Positions 22,554 to 32,123 of a stretch of DNA of 64,000 nt are shown piece by piece. Within the stretch, counting starts at the first letter, position 1; every line of letters starts with the position of its first letter. The notes beneath the pieces were generated by a model. That model worked only from the letters and a program-made list of their open reading frames with translations, had not been told where the DNA came from and did not search any database. Source of the DNA: a virus (lineage: Duplodnaviria > Caudoviricetes); IMG/VR virus record IMGVR_UViG_3300043694_000018, positions 1 through 64,000 of that record, one strand, 5' to 3'. Made by a program: the position numbers and the translations under genes.

Positions 22554-23576
22554 ATGGCACTGCAAGCGCCAGCCTTTGTGACGGTCAACCCGTCGCTGAT
22601 CGAGCCCGATCTCATCCTCCCCTACGCGCAGGCATCCGGTGCCTTCGATTGCCTCGAAGGTGGCGAGCCTCGCATCAAGCTGGGCGAGGGCGATCTCTAC
22701 GTCTACATGAAGCGCGTCGACCTGCGCACGTCGATGGCGGCTGGACCGGCCAGCTACAACAGCCTGCCGGGCGTGAACATCGCGTTCTCGCAAATCCAGA
22801 CGCCGACGTACCTGTTGCAGGTGCGCTCGATGTACAATCACCACGATCAGGCCGCCGCCCAGAATTGGGGCGTGTCCCTGCCGGAGGCGTACCGGCTCGG
22901 CATGCGGCAGGGTCACTTCCAGTTGGCCCGCAACGCTCTGCTCTACGGCTTCAATCCGCAGAACGGCGAGGGCTTGGTCAACACGGCGGGCGCAGTCGCC
23001 GTCAACCTGCCAGCGGATTCGCTGGGGAACACCACCGTCTCGACCTACGACAACGGTCAGATGGCGTTCTTCTTCCTCCAGCAAATCCAGTTCCTGAAGG
23101 CCCGGACCAACCAACTGGGCATCGGGCGCAAGTTCACCATCCTCGGGCCGCAGCGCACGCTCGGGCTGATGGAGTACCAGAGCGTCGTGCAGTTGACCCA
23201 GTACCAGCGACAGGGTGCGGGCTCGGCGACCACGGCGACGCTGATCAAGGAAATCCTGATGTCGAACGGCGATTCGATCATCTGGGCCTACGACGACACG
23301 CTGATCGGCAAGGGCGCGGGCGGCAACGACGCCGTCATCATCGCGATGCCGGAGGTCGAGAAGCCCAAGGAGACCGGGATCAACACCAACGAGTTCGCCA
23401 AGCTCTCGCCGGGCAACGACTCGTGCATCACGATGTACGGCGACCAGTCCGCTCCCAAGGAGATCACCTCGCCGATGGCGGGCGGCATGACCGACGTACT
23501 GAGCGAGTGGCGCATCACCTCGGGCTGGGCAGTCCGGCCGGAGTGCATCACCATCTGCTCGATGCAGTATCAGTGA
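22554..23576 (+). CDS. Major capsid protein (DUF2184-like)
   Basis: 340 aa, strong RBS and position; L.YGF...GEGL.N, terminal SGW.VRPE motif. Confidence 0.8.
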   Translation: MALQAPAFVTVNPSLIEPDLILPYAQASGAFDCLEGGEPRIKLGEGDLYVYMKRVDLRTSMAAGPASYNSLPGVNIAFSQIQTPTYLLQVRSMYNHHDQAAAQNWGVSLPEAYRLGMRQGHFQLARNALLYGFNPQNGEGLVNTAGAVAVNLPADSLGNTTVSTYDNGQMAFFFLQQIQFLKARTNQLGIGRKFTILGPQRTLGLMEYQSVVQLTQYQRQGAGSATTATLIKEILMSNGDSIIWAYDDTLIGKGAGGNDAVIIAMPEVEKPKETGINTNEFAKLSPGNDSCITMYGDQSAPKEITSPMAGGMTDVLSEWRITSGWAVRPECITICSMQYQ

Positions 23577-23674
23577 CGGGTGCGGGCGCTCATCGCCCGC
23601 TTCACCCCGAATCTGGATTTATGCCCATGGGCATAAAATGAAGAAACCGCCCGAAAGTGAACCGAGGAGCCGCC

Positions 23675-24160
23675 ATGAAGCTCTACATCGCCAACTGCAC
23701 CAATCAGGTGCGCGTGGTCAACTCGCGACCGCCTGAACACAAGAACGTCTGGAGCCAGCCCATCCAGATCGGCCAGCAGGCGCTCTACATCTCGCCCAAC
23801 CTCAACCGGCTCCAGATCGACGCCATCATCGAACAGCAATCGGCCTACGGCCTGCGCTCGTGCAAGGACTTCGAGCACGCGCGCGTGTCGGGCGCGCTCT
23901 ACGAGATGCTGTACAACATCGATGAGCCGGTGCCGTACAAGCAGCACCTCGCAGCCTGTGAGTGGAACGAGGCCGTGCTGCGCCAGCGCGGCAAGAAGCT
24001 GCGCGAGGATGCCGCCATCGCCACCTCGGCCGACATGCGCAACTACGCGCCCAACGCTGCCAACCTGCTCCAGATGCAAGTGCAGGAGGAGACCCCGGCC
24101 ACCGATCACGAGCCCGTGAACGAGGGCTGGCGCGTCGACCCGCAGCACGGGATCGCGTGA
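23675..24160 (+). CDS. Conserved virion-module protein
   Basis: GAGGAG RBS; MKLYIANCTNQ start. Confidence 0.7.
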   Translation: MKLYIANCTNQVRVVNSRPPEHKNVWSQPIQIGQQALYISPNLNRLQIDAIIEQQSAYGLRSCKDFEHARVSGALYEMLYNIDEPVPYKQHLAACEWNEAVLRQRGKKLREDAAIATSADMRNYAPNAANLLQMQVQEETPATDHEPVNEGWRVDPQHGIA

Positions 24161-24161
24161 C

Positions 24162-24725
24162 ATGGCGACGGCGGTCGTCAACGGCGCGGGCTGGTTCCCG
24201 ATCACCGGAACAGGCACGTTCAGCGCCAGCGCCGTCGATCCCAACCTCACCGACTACCTGAAGTTCCTGCGTGGCGTGGTCGGTATCCCGGTCGAGGCGC
24301 TGCCCGACTCCTCGCCATGGATCACCCAGTCGTACTGGTACGCCATGACGGTGTGCAACGAGCAACTGGGCGTGGTCGGCAACGCCGAGACGCCGCCGCC
24401 GCAGGTGTTCCCGACGTACTACGCCTACGCGGTGTACAACCTCGGGGCCGACTTCCTCGTGCGCTTCGCCTTGGACGACCCGGCCGCACCGCCGCCGTGG
24501 AACACCTACTGGAAGGACCTGCGCGCCAAGATGGGGCTGAACTCGTGGGTGCCGGGCGTCATCCAGTCGTCCAGCGATCAGGGCACGTCACAGAGCTTCA
24601 TGATTCCTGACTGGTATCGCCAGATCAGCCTCGGCGACCAAATGCTGCTCCAGACGCCGTGGGGCCGACAGTACCTCGCGCTGGCGCAGGCCTACGGCCC
24701 GACGATCTGGGGGCTCACGCCATGA
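24162..24725 (+). CDS. Head-tail adaptor (DUF4054-like)
   Basis: YAVYNLGAD..., SSSDQGTS.S, L.QTPWGRQYL motif. Confidence 0.7.
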   Translation: MATAVVNGAGWFPITGTGTFSASAVDPNLTDYLKFLRGVVGIPVEALPDSSPWITQSYWYAMTVCNEQLGVVGNAETPPPQVFPTYYAYAVYNLGADFLVRFALDDPAAPPPWNTYWKDLRAKMGLNSWVPGVIQSSSDQGTSQSFMIPDWYRQISLGDQMLLQTPWGRQYLALAQAYGPTIWGLTP

Positions 24726-25198
24726 TGCTGAACCTCGGCGTGATCAGCCAGCCCTACCGCCACACCGGCCCGCGCTACACGGGCCGGGGCCGCGCCAAGC
24801 ACAAGCGCTCAGGCGCGACGCGCGGCATCTCGACCTACGAGGTCGCCCGCATCCTCGAACACAAGTACCACGTGATGGAGCACTTCTATCGCAAGCACGA
24901 GGATGAGATCACCCAGATCATCATGGACGACTTGGACGAGGCAGCGCTCACGGCCCAGATGGGCGGCCCGGCCGAACTCGCCGAGGATTCCAGCGGCATG
25001 CAGAAGATCAGGGCGATGTTCAACACGTTCCTCGACAGCAAGGAGATCGAGACCATGGGCGTGGCGGGCGTGCCGACCAAGGCGGCGCTGCACGGCGTCA
25101 GCCATCGCTTCAAGCATCCCTACGCCCGGCGCGGACCACGCCCGAGCTTCATCGACACCGGCCTCTACGAGGCCTCTTTTCGCGCGTGGGTGGACTGA
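24722..25198 (+). CDS. Neck / virion morphogenesis protein
   Basis: ..VA.ILE.KYH, PRPSFIDTGLY.ASF motif. Confidence 0.65.
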   Translation: MMLNLGVISQPYRHTGPRYTGRGRAKHKRSGATRGISTYEVARILEHKYHVMEHFYRKHEDEITQIIMDDLDEAALTAQMGGPAELAEDSSGMQKIRAMFNTFLDSKEIETMGVAGVPTKAALHGVSHRFKHPYARRGPRPSFIDTGLYEASFRAWVD

Positions 25199-25548
25199 TG
25201 CCCCTGATGGTTGATCCCCGAGCGGTGAGCAGCGCCGACAGCGCCCGGCAGGACCGCTCCAGCCACATCCTGATGCCGGGCGCGGGCTACATGCGCATCG
25301 GGCCGCCGCCTGAGCCGCCCGTGGTGAAGCGCCACGCCTTCGACTGCGAGCCGCCCGCCAACCATGCCGACAAGGAGTGGCACGTGCTGAAGACGCCGGA
25401 CGGCGAGGACTACGGGCCGATGCGCTGGCACGCCGACACCAAGGAGTGGGAGCCGGTCTCGCCGTTCGCGGGCAACCGGCTGGCGTGGACCTCGCGCTTC
25501 CTCGCGGCGTGGGGCTGGAGCTACGGGAAGCCACATGGCGACGATTGA
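25198..25548 (+). CDS. Hypothetical protein
   Basis: TGATG coupling. Confidence 0.6.
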   Translation: MPLMVDPRAVSSADSARQDRSSHILMPGAGYMRIGPPPEPPVVKRHAFDCEPPANHADKEWHVLKTPDGEDYGPMRWHADTKEWEPVSPFAGNRLAWTSRFLAAWGWSYGKPHGDD

Positions 25549-26530
25549 CGAAGTCGAAGAAAGCCGGACGGCGCTGGGGGCTGCCCTAAAAGCAGGGCTC
25601 GACACGCTCGACCTCAACCAGACCATCACCTTCACCAAGTACGTGCGCACCATCCTGCCCTACGACGGCTGGGTGTTCTGGGTCGCCAAGGTGCCCGCCG
25701 AGACGATGGATGTGATGGGCGCGATCCACTACCTCAGCCAGTACAGCCAGAAGCAGGAATCGACCGGCGTCACCCATCGCGTGGTGTTCTCGGCCGAGAA
25801 CGCGGTCAACGATCTCAACGCCATCGCGCCGAACGAATGGTGGATCGCCAAGTTCGACGGCATCCAGTTCGCCTTCAGCCAGCGCGGCATGTACTTCCAG
25901 CAGGCCAACCTGCACCACTATCTCGGTGACGCCGTCTACTCCTCGATGCAGCCGATGGTGCTCGATGACCCGGCGCAACTCGATCCCGACAGCGCCATCG
26001 TCTCGAACAGCCTGCCGATCTGGCTCTACCTCAGCGGCTACGCGCCGCCATGGCACGTCGACATCCCGATGCCGCCGATCCCGCTCTACCCGAGCTTCCT
26101 CAGCCCGGCCAACATCAGCACGCCCTATGGCGTCGTCCATGTCGAGCCAGATCAGACGATGCCCTACGCCTCGGTGCCGTTTCTTAACAGCCGCTCAGAT
26201 CACAGCCAGCTTTACCACGACCGCGTGACGGTGACGCTCTACAACGTCAAGCACCGGCAGGCGATGGACTTCCTCGATGCGACGCTCCAGTTCAGCTACG
26301 ACACCGACTACATGGGCATCGTCGGCATGCCGCCTGCGGTACGCGACGACAAGGAAGTGCAGGCCGAACTGCTGACGCTGGCGATCAAGAAGCGCGTCGT
26401 CTTCGAGATCAGCTACTACCAGAGCGTTGTTCGCAATCTCGCCCGCCAGTTGATCCTGCGCGCGCAGATGGGACTGTACGTCGACACCCAGCACATCGCC
26501 GACATCCCGATCATCCCGACGATCCCCTAG
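25535..26530 (+). CDS. Head closure / tail terminator-type structural protein
   Basis: Position before sheath; 331 aa. Confidence 0.55.
   Translation: MATIDEVEESRTALGAALKAGLDTLDLNQTITFTKYVRTILPYDGWVFWVAKVPAETMDVMGAIHYLSQYSQKQESTGVTHRVVFSAENAVNDLNAIAPNEWWIAKFDGIQFAFSQRGMYFQQANLHHYLGDAVYSSMQPMVLDDPAQLDPDSAIVSNSLPIWLYLSGYAPPWHVDIPMPPIPLYPSFLSPANISTPYGVVHVEPDQTMPYASVPFLNSRSDHSQLYHDRVTVTLYNVKHRQAMDFLDATLQFSYDTDYMGIVGMPPAVRDDKEVQAELLTLAIKKRVVFEISYYQSVVRNLARQLILRAQMGLYVDTQHIADIPIIPTIP
25583..25598. promoter_or_regulatory. Palindromic site GCCCT-AAAAGC-AGGGC (intragenic)
   Basis: Perfect match; rare codons. Confidence 0.65.
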
Positions 26531-26544
26531 AACAGGAGCCAACG

Positions 26545-26862
26545 ATGCCCCAAGCGATTCTCAACGCCTCGGTCTCCGAAGGCGGCAGCAAGACCGCGCT
26601 TCAGGTCAACTCGGCCCGCGTCATCAAGGCCGCGCCCGGCAACCTCGCGCGCATCATCGTGCAAGCGCCCGGCTCGGCCGGAAACCTGACGATCAATGAC
26701 TGCGCTACCGTGGGCGCGGCGGCGGCGGCCAATCAGGTCATCACCATCGCCTTCGGTTCGCTCACCATCGGGCAGCAAATCTGGCTCGACATGCCGATGG
26801 CCACTGGGATCACCGTCAGCGCGATCCCAACCGCTGGCGTGATCTCGATCTCCTACAACTGA
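26545..26862 (+). CDS. Small beta-rich virion protein
   Basis: AGGAG RBS. Confidence 0.65.
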   Translation: MPQAILNASVSEGGSKTALQVNSARVIKAAPGNLARIIVQAPGSAGNLTINDCATVGAAAAANQVITIAFGSLTIGQQIWLDMPMATGITVSAIPTAGVISISYN

Positions 26863-26886
26863 TCCTTCCGACTCGGAGGCCGCCCC

Positions 26887-28530
26887 ATGGCGAACCCCAT
26901 TGTCACTGTCCAAGTCTCACAGACTGTCGCGCCGACTCCGAGCAATCTTCAGAAGACCGGCGCGATCATCTCGTCGGGCGGCACGACGTTGTCTCAGGGC
27001 GCGACCCAGCTTCTGCTGAGCGACGCCGACCTCAACGCCATCCTGCCTGCGGCACTGGCGCTCACCACAGTCGCGTGGGCGGCGGGCGTCGTCACCGCGT
27101 CGACCGCTGCACCTCATGGCAAGGCGACCGGCGCTACCTTCGTCAGCACCATCGCAGGCGTCACGCCGTCCGGCTTCAACGGCACGTTCAACTGCATCGC
27201 CACCGGGCCATCGGCGTTCACCTACTACGTCGCTGCCAACCCCGGCTTGCAGACCGTGGCGGGCACCTACTCGAACCCGGCGGGCGAGCAGGTCAACGCC
27301 ATGGTCGACACCTTCTTCGGCCAAGGCTCACAGCAGGGCGTGTACGTGCTCGAACTGGGCTCGGGCTCGGTCGCCACGCAGGTCTCCAACCTGCAAAATT
27401 TCATCAACAACAGCGACCAGATGTTCTACAGCTACCTCGTGCCGCGCGAGTGGGACGCTGACCCCGCCTTCCTCGCGCTGATCGCCCAGTACGAGACCAC
27501 GACAGCGAAGACCTACTTCTTCGTCACCACCACGCTGGCAACCTACAGCCAGTACACGGCGCAGATGAAGGACGTGGTCGCGCTGATCGAGGCCCCGCAG
27601 TACGGCATCTGGCCGGGCGTGACGTTCGCCTCGGCGACGTGGGCCGGTGGCACCGTCACGGCGGCGACCACCACCGCCCACGGCATCAAGCCGGGCGACT
27701 GGTTCCAGACCATTGGCATGGCACCCGCAGGCTACAACGGCATCTGGCGCGCGCTGCCCGGCACCACCGGCACGGCGCTCTCGTGGGCGATGAGCAATCC
27801 GGGCGGGCCTGCGACCACACCGGGCTCGGTCAAGCAGAGCGTCTACGGCTCCGTGGGCATCCCTGCAACCGAGTTCACCATGGCGGCGGCGTGGTGGGTG
27901 ACGCTGAACTATGCGCCCGGCGCGGCCAACAAGGTGCCGCCCTACGCCTACAGCTACCTGTACGGCGTGACGCGCTTCCCTTCGCCGGGCAACGGGCCGC
28001 TGTTCTCCGCGCTCAAGCTGGCGAACGTCAACATCGTCGGCACCGGAGCGGAAGGCGGCATCGGCAACAACATCCTGATCTACGGTCACACGATGGATGG
28101 TCGGCCGTGGAACTACTGGTATTCGGTGGACTGGATGCAGATCAACATCGACCTCGACATCTCCAACGCCATCATCAACGGGTCGAACAACTTCATCAAT
28201 CCGCTCTACTACAATCAGGATGGCATCAACCGCCTCGAAGCGGTCGCGGCCAACACCGGCACCAACGGCATCGCCTACGGTCTGGCGCTGGGCGCGGTCA
28301 GGCAGGTCTCGCTCGATCCCGCCGTCTTCACCGACAACATCAACAAGGGCGTGTACGCGGGTCTGCTGGTCGTGAACGCCATCCCGTTCCCGTCCTACAC
28401 GGCGGCGCACCCGAGCCACTACGCCATCGGCGAGTACGACGGGCTCAGCATGGTCTACACGCCGCTCCGAGGCTTCGAGCACATCGTGTTCAACATCGTC
28501 GTCACCGACTTCGTGGCGGCGGCGGCGTGA
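26887..28530 (+). CDS. Tail sheath protein with two inserted beta-domains
   Basis: MANPIVTVQVSQT..PTP, C-terminal YWYSVDW.QIN, ..PLYYNQ.GI..L motifs typical of contractile sheaths; followed by tube gene. Confidence 0.8.
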   Translation: MANPIVTVQVSQTVAPTPSNLQKTGAIISSGGTTLSQGATQLLLSDADLNAILPAALALTTVAWAAGVVTASTAAPHGKATGATFVSTIAGVTPSGFNGTFNCIATGPSAFTYYVAANPGLQTVAGTYSNPAGEQVNAMVDTFFGQGSQQGVYVLELGSGSVATQVSNLQNFINNSDQMFYSYLVPREWDADPAFLALIAQYETTTAKTYFFVTTTLATYSQYTAQMKDVVALIEAPQYGIWPGVTFASATWAGGTVTAATTTAHGIKPGDWFQTIGMAPAGYNGIWRALPGTTGTALSWAMSNPGGPATTPGSVKQSVYGSVGIPATEFTMAAAWWVTLNYAPGAANKVPPYAYSYLYGVTRFPSPGNGPLFSALKLANVNIVGTGAEGGIGNNILIYGHTMDGRPWNYWYSVDWMQINIDLDISNAIINGSNNFINPLYYNQDGINRLEAVAANTGTNGIAYGLALGAVRQVSLDPAVFTDNINKGVYAGLLVVNAIPFPSYTAAHPSHYAIGEYDGLSMVYTPLRGFEHIVFNIVVTDFVAAAA

Positions 28531-28541
28531 GGAGATGATCT

Positions 28542-28997
28542 ATGGCTGACCCACTCGTTGCGCTGGGCTCGCTCAACCGGCTCCGCGCGTCCATCTACTG
28601 GAACAGCTTCCCGCAACTCAACATCACCGCGTCGTTCCTCGGCGTCGATGGCATCCGCCTCGGCCTCGACGGCGGCGCGGTGGCCTTCCTGCCCGCAATG
28701 ACGGGCACGGTGGCGAGCCCCGAGCCGTACCAGATGATCACGCTTTCGGCGAACCTGCTGAAGACCCAGCAGCTTGCCGAACTGTACAAGAACCAGATGG
28801 AGGTCGACGCCCGCATCGGCGATGGCACGGTCTACCCCGACGTAGCGATCAGCCAGAACGGGCTCGGCGTCTACATGGTGCGCAACTGCGCCATCGAGTC
28901 GGTGGCTGAGCTTGCCTTCTCCGGCACCGACGCGGGCTTCCGCGTCACCATGCGCGGCTACTACCTGATCAACTCCAGCCTGTGGGGCTCGGGATGA
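28542..28997 (+). CDS. Tail tube protein
   Basis: 151 aa directly after sheath. Confidence 0.7.
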   Translation: MADPLVALGSLNRLRASIYWNSFPQLNITASFLGVDGIRLGLDGGAVAFLPAMTGTVASPEPYQMITLSANLLKTQQLAELYKNQMEVDARIGDGTVYPDVAISQNGLGVYMVRNCAIESVAELAFSGTDAGFRVTMRGYYLINSSLWGSG

Positions 28998-29152
28998 ACC
29001 TGCTGTGGCTGCTGATCGTCATCCTGCTGATCTTCGCCGTGCTGGGCGCACCGCGCTGGCCCTACGCGCAGTCGTGGGGCTGGTATCCTTCGGGCGGGCT
29101 GGGGCTGGTCGTGATCATTCTTCTCATCCTGTTGCTGATGGGCAGACTGTGA
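28994..29152 (+). CDS. DUF3309-like small membrane protein (52 aa)
   Basis: Hand translation: MNLLWLLIVILLIFAVLGAPRWPYAQSWGWYPSGGLGLVVIILLILLLMGRL. Confidence 0.75.
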   Translation: MNLLWLLIVILLIFAVLGAPRWPYAQSWGWYPSGGLGLVVIILLILLLMGRL

Positions 29153-29160
29153 GGTGAGCC

Positions 29161-29331
29161 ATGTCACTCGGTCTCGCGTTCTGGATTTTGATGTTGATCT
29201 GGCTGGTCTTCGGCTTCGCGTGGCACTGGGGCGTGATGGGGCCATACGGCCCGTGGGGCTTCAGCCTCCTGCTGTTCATCCTGCTGGCGCTGCTCGGCTG
29301 GCACGCCTTCGGCCCGCCGTTGCACGGCTGA
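29161..29331 (+). CDS. Small two-TM membrane protein (56 aa)
   Basis: Hand translation: MSLGLAFWILMLIWLVFGFAWHWGVMGPYGPWGFSLLLFILLALLGWHAFGPPLHG; GAGG RBS. Confidence 0.7.
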   Translation: MSLGLAFWILMLIWLVFGFAWHWGVMGPYGPWGFSLLLFILLALLGWHAFGPPLHG

Positions 29332-29355
29332 TCGCAGGAGGCCTATAAAGCGGGC

Positions 29356-29940
29356 ATGGCAAAACTCGACCGGCGGCTCAACCTCGTCCTATCCGTCACG
29401 ACCGACGATGGCGCGGAGATGTGGGTCCACCACACGCCGATCCGCCGCGAGGTCTTCCAGACCCACTTCCTCGTCATCACCAAGACCGTGTCGGCGATGT
29501 ACGAGGAGGGCCTGCCGCCGAACATCGCCTCGCGCGTCGCCATGCTGATGCTGCGCAAGGTCGCCAAGGACATGGGCACGCCGATCCCCGAGCAGGTCGA
29601 GCAGGCGCTCCTGCCTGAACTGTGGCGGCTCACCAACGTCATGATCCCCAACCCCAACGGTGCCGCAGGCTGGCTGACGGTGCCGCTGGAGAAGGTGATC
29701 GCCGACAAGGTGATCGATGAGGAGGATGCCGAGGAGGTGAAGAACCACGTGGTTTTTTTTACCTGCGCCTCTTGGGTCCACAAGAAGAACGAGTTGGAGG
29801 AGATGATCTATCCGATCCTGCAAAACTCCGGCTCGCAGATCACATCATTGAACTCTACGGACTTCAGGCCGTCCTCGCCGACATCGACGCCGGTCGAGAA
29901 TACTGGCGAGACGGCGACAGCCTCGTCCATTCCATCCTAG
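29356..29940 (+). CDS. Tail assembly chaperone
   Basis: Between tube and tape measure; contains a T8 slippery run. Confidence 0.7.
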   Translation: MAKLDRRLNLVLSVTTDDGAEMWVHHTPIRREVFQTHFLVITKTVSAMYEEGLPPNIASRVAMLMLRKVAKDMGTPIPEQVEQALLPELWRLTNVMIPNPNGAAGWLTVPLEKVIADKVIDEEDAEEVKNHVVFFTCASWVHKKNELEEMIYPILQNSGSQITSLNSTDFRPSSPTSTPVENTGETATASSIPS

Positions 29941-30065
29941 ACTGGGTCGTCACCGAGGGCTGGGACGCCTTCTTCAGGCGCGTCCAAGAATGGGACTGGG
30001 CCTCGGCCACCGACTATCGCAACCGCCACCTGATCGCGCTCGGCAAGGCGCTCGCCGGGAGATGA
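29757..30065 (+). CDS. -1 frame extension of tail assembly chaperone (G-T type fusion partner)
   Basis: -1 frame is open from the T8 run to 30065, ending 3 nt before the tape measure start. Confidence 0.55.
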   Translation, partial: FYLRLLGPQEERVGGDDLSDPAKLRLADHIIELYGLQAVLADIDAGREYWRDGDSLVHSILDWVVTEGWDAFFRRVQEWDWASATDYRNRHLIALGKALAGR

Positions 30066-30068
30066 CGC

Positions 30069-32123
30069 ATGGCCGTCAACGCTCACGCTCAAGCCATCTT
30101 CAGCACTCAGGTCAACCCGTCGCTCGTGCCGGGTGCGACGACTGGGCCACAGCAGCCCAGCGCGCAGTCGCTGACGCCCGCAAATCAGGCCATGCAGAAG
30201 TGGCAACAGGCGCAGAAGCAGGCGCTGGACCTGTCGAAGCAATTCCTCAAGACGATGCAGGACCTGACGAAGGCGATCCAGTCGCTGCAACAGACGCTGG
30301 TGAAGATGGTGCCGCAAATCGCGGCGGCGGCGCAGCACACCAAGATGATGATGCACCACGCCAGCGGCACGGAGCGCCACTGGAAGAAGATCAAGGAGCA
30401 CGCCGCCAGCTATTACGACCACGTCAAGGGCGCGACGCTGCACCTGCTGAAGTGGACCGGCATCTTCGGGCTGGTCGGTGGCGTTCTCGGCAGCTTCACA
30501 ACCCTGTTCGGCTTGTCTTCGCTGGCCGCCGGGGTACGCGCCGAGAAGCGCGAGGCCGCAGGCCTTGGACTGGGCAGCGGTGAGAAGGCGGTGCTGGAGT
30601 CCTCGTTCCGGGGCATCTTCCCTGACGTGGGCGGGATCATGAGCGGCGTTGGCCGCGCCAAGGGCAACTACCGTTCGCCGGAGGCCCGCGCGTTCCGTCG
30701 CTTGGGGCTCGATGCGCGCACCATGAGCCCGTTCCAGATGAATCAAGCGATCCTGCGCAGGGTGTTCCAGATCGCCGACACGGTGCCCGAGGCGCAGTGG
30801 ACGACCGTGCTCAAGAACCAGCATCTCCAAGAGTTCGGCATCACCGAGGAGACGGTGCGACAGGCGCACGCCGCGACACCCGAGCAGCGCCGCAAGGCGT
30901 GGGCCGGGATGTCGCCCGAGGAGGTCAAGCGGAAGGGGCTGACGCCGGGCGCGCAGGACAAGTGGACCGACTTCGCCAACTTCTGGGAGGACGCCGGTCG
31001 GCGCATCAAGGTTGCGCTGATCAACAACCTCGACAAGATCATGCCGCAACTGGAGAAGCTGCTCGCCAACATCGAGCGCTGGATCACCGACTTCTTCGAG
31101 GGCGACAGTTTCGAGAAGCTGGTCAACTCCATCACGGCGGGCCTCAAGGACTTCACCGAGTACCTCGGCAGCCAGCAGTTCAAGGACGACGTGAAAGCCT
31201 TCAAAGATGGCTTCCGCGACGTTGTCGATTTTATGAAGCGCTGGTTCGGGCCGAGCGATCCGACGCTCGATCCCGAGGGCCATCCGGGCGGCACCGACGA
31301 GAGCATCAGCGAGGAGGAGATGCTGCGCAGGCGCGCCCGCACCAAGAAGTGGTGGAAAGAGAACATGCCGTCGTGGCTCGGTGGCGAGGCGAAGCCCTCG
31401 ACCGAACTGGACGAAGAAGGCCATCCCATCGAACCGCCCAGCGGGCCGAAGGTCCGGCCGGGGCCGGGCCGCTCGGTCAACCCGCGCAACTTTCGCGCGC
31501 GCATGGGCTGGGGGCCTGACCCGGCGAACGACAACACAGGTGGCGCACGCGGCGGCGCGCGCACGCCGGGCAGCGGCGGCGGCAAGGTCGGCATCTCCGG
31601 TCAGGTGCGTGGCACGGCCGATCAGGCGATGAAGTTCTTCATCGAGCGTGGCTGGAGCAAGGATCAAGCCGCTGGCATCGTCGCCAACCTGATCGAGGAG
31701 TCGGGGCTCGACCCCAACATCGGCGGCGACAACGGCAAGGCCTACGGCATCGGCCAGTGGTGGCCGGATCGACAGGCGCAGTTCCAGAAGATTTTCGGCA
31801 AGTCGATCAAGGGATCGAGCTTCATGGAGCAGCTTGCCTTCGTGGACTGGGAACTCGGCCACACCGAGGCCAAGGCGGGCAACCTCCTGCGTGGCGCGGG
31901 CTCGGCGCGTGACGCCGGAGCCATCGTGTCGCGCTACTACGAGCGCCCGGCGGCGGTGCAGGAAGCGATGAACAAGCGCGGTGGCATGGCCGACGCGCTG
32001 GTCGGCGGGACAGGACAGGTGTTCGACGTGAACCTCAACATCAACGACAGCGCAGGCGGCAACGTCACCTACGCCGCCGCTCCCATCGGGCTGCGCGGGC
32101 GGCCGAGGCATGTCCGGCGATGA
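30069..32123 (+). CDS. Tape measure protein with C-terminal phage tail lysozyme domain
   Basis: Helical Ala/Gln/Lys-rich body; GWSKDQAAGIVANLIEESGLDP...G.AYGIGQW...R, YERP. Confidence 0.88.
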   Translation: MAVNAHAQAIFSTQVNPSLVPGATTGPQQPSAQSLTPANQAMQKWQQAQKQALDLSKQFLKTMQDLTKAIQSLQQTLVKMVPQIAAAAQHTKMMMHHASGTERHWKKIKEHAASYYDHVKGATLHLLKWTGIFGLVGGVLGSFTTLFGLSSLAAGVRAEKREAAGLGLGSGEKAVLESSFRGIFPDVGGIMSGVGRAKGNYRSPEARAFRRLGLDARTMSPFQMNQAILRRVFQIADTVPEAQWTTVLKNQHLQEFGITEETVRQAHAATPEQRRKAWAGMSPEEVKRKGLTPGAQDKWTDFANFWEDAGRRIKVALINNLDKIMPQLEKLLANIERWITDFFEGDSFEKLVNSITAGLKDFTEYLGSQQFKDDVKAFKDGFRDVVDFMKRWFGPSDPTLDPEGHPGGTDESISEEEMLRRRARTKKWWKENMPSWLGGEAKPSTELDEEGHPIEPPSGPKVRPGPGRSVNPRNFRARMGWGPDPANDNTGGARGGARTPGSGGGKVGISGQVRGTADQAMKFFIERGWSKDQAAGIVANLIEESGLDPNIGGDNGKAYGIGQWWPDRQAQFQKIFGKSIKGSSFMEQLAFVDWELGHTEAKAGNLLRGAGSARDAGAIVSRYYERPAAVQEAMNKRGGMADALVGGTGQVFDVNLNINDSAGGNVTYAAAPIGLRGRPRHVRR

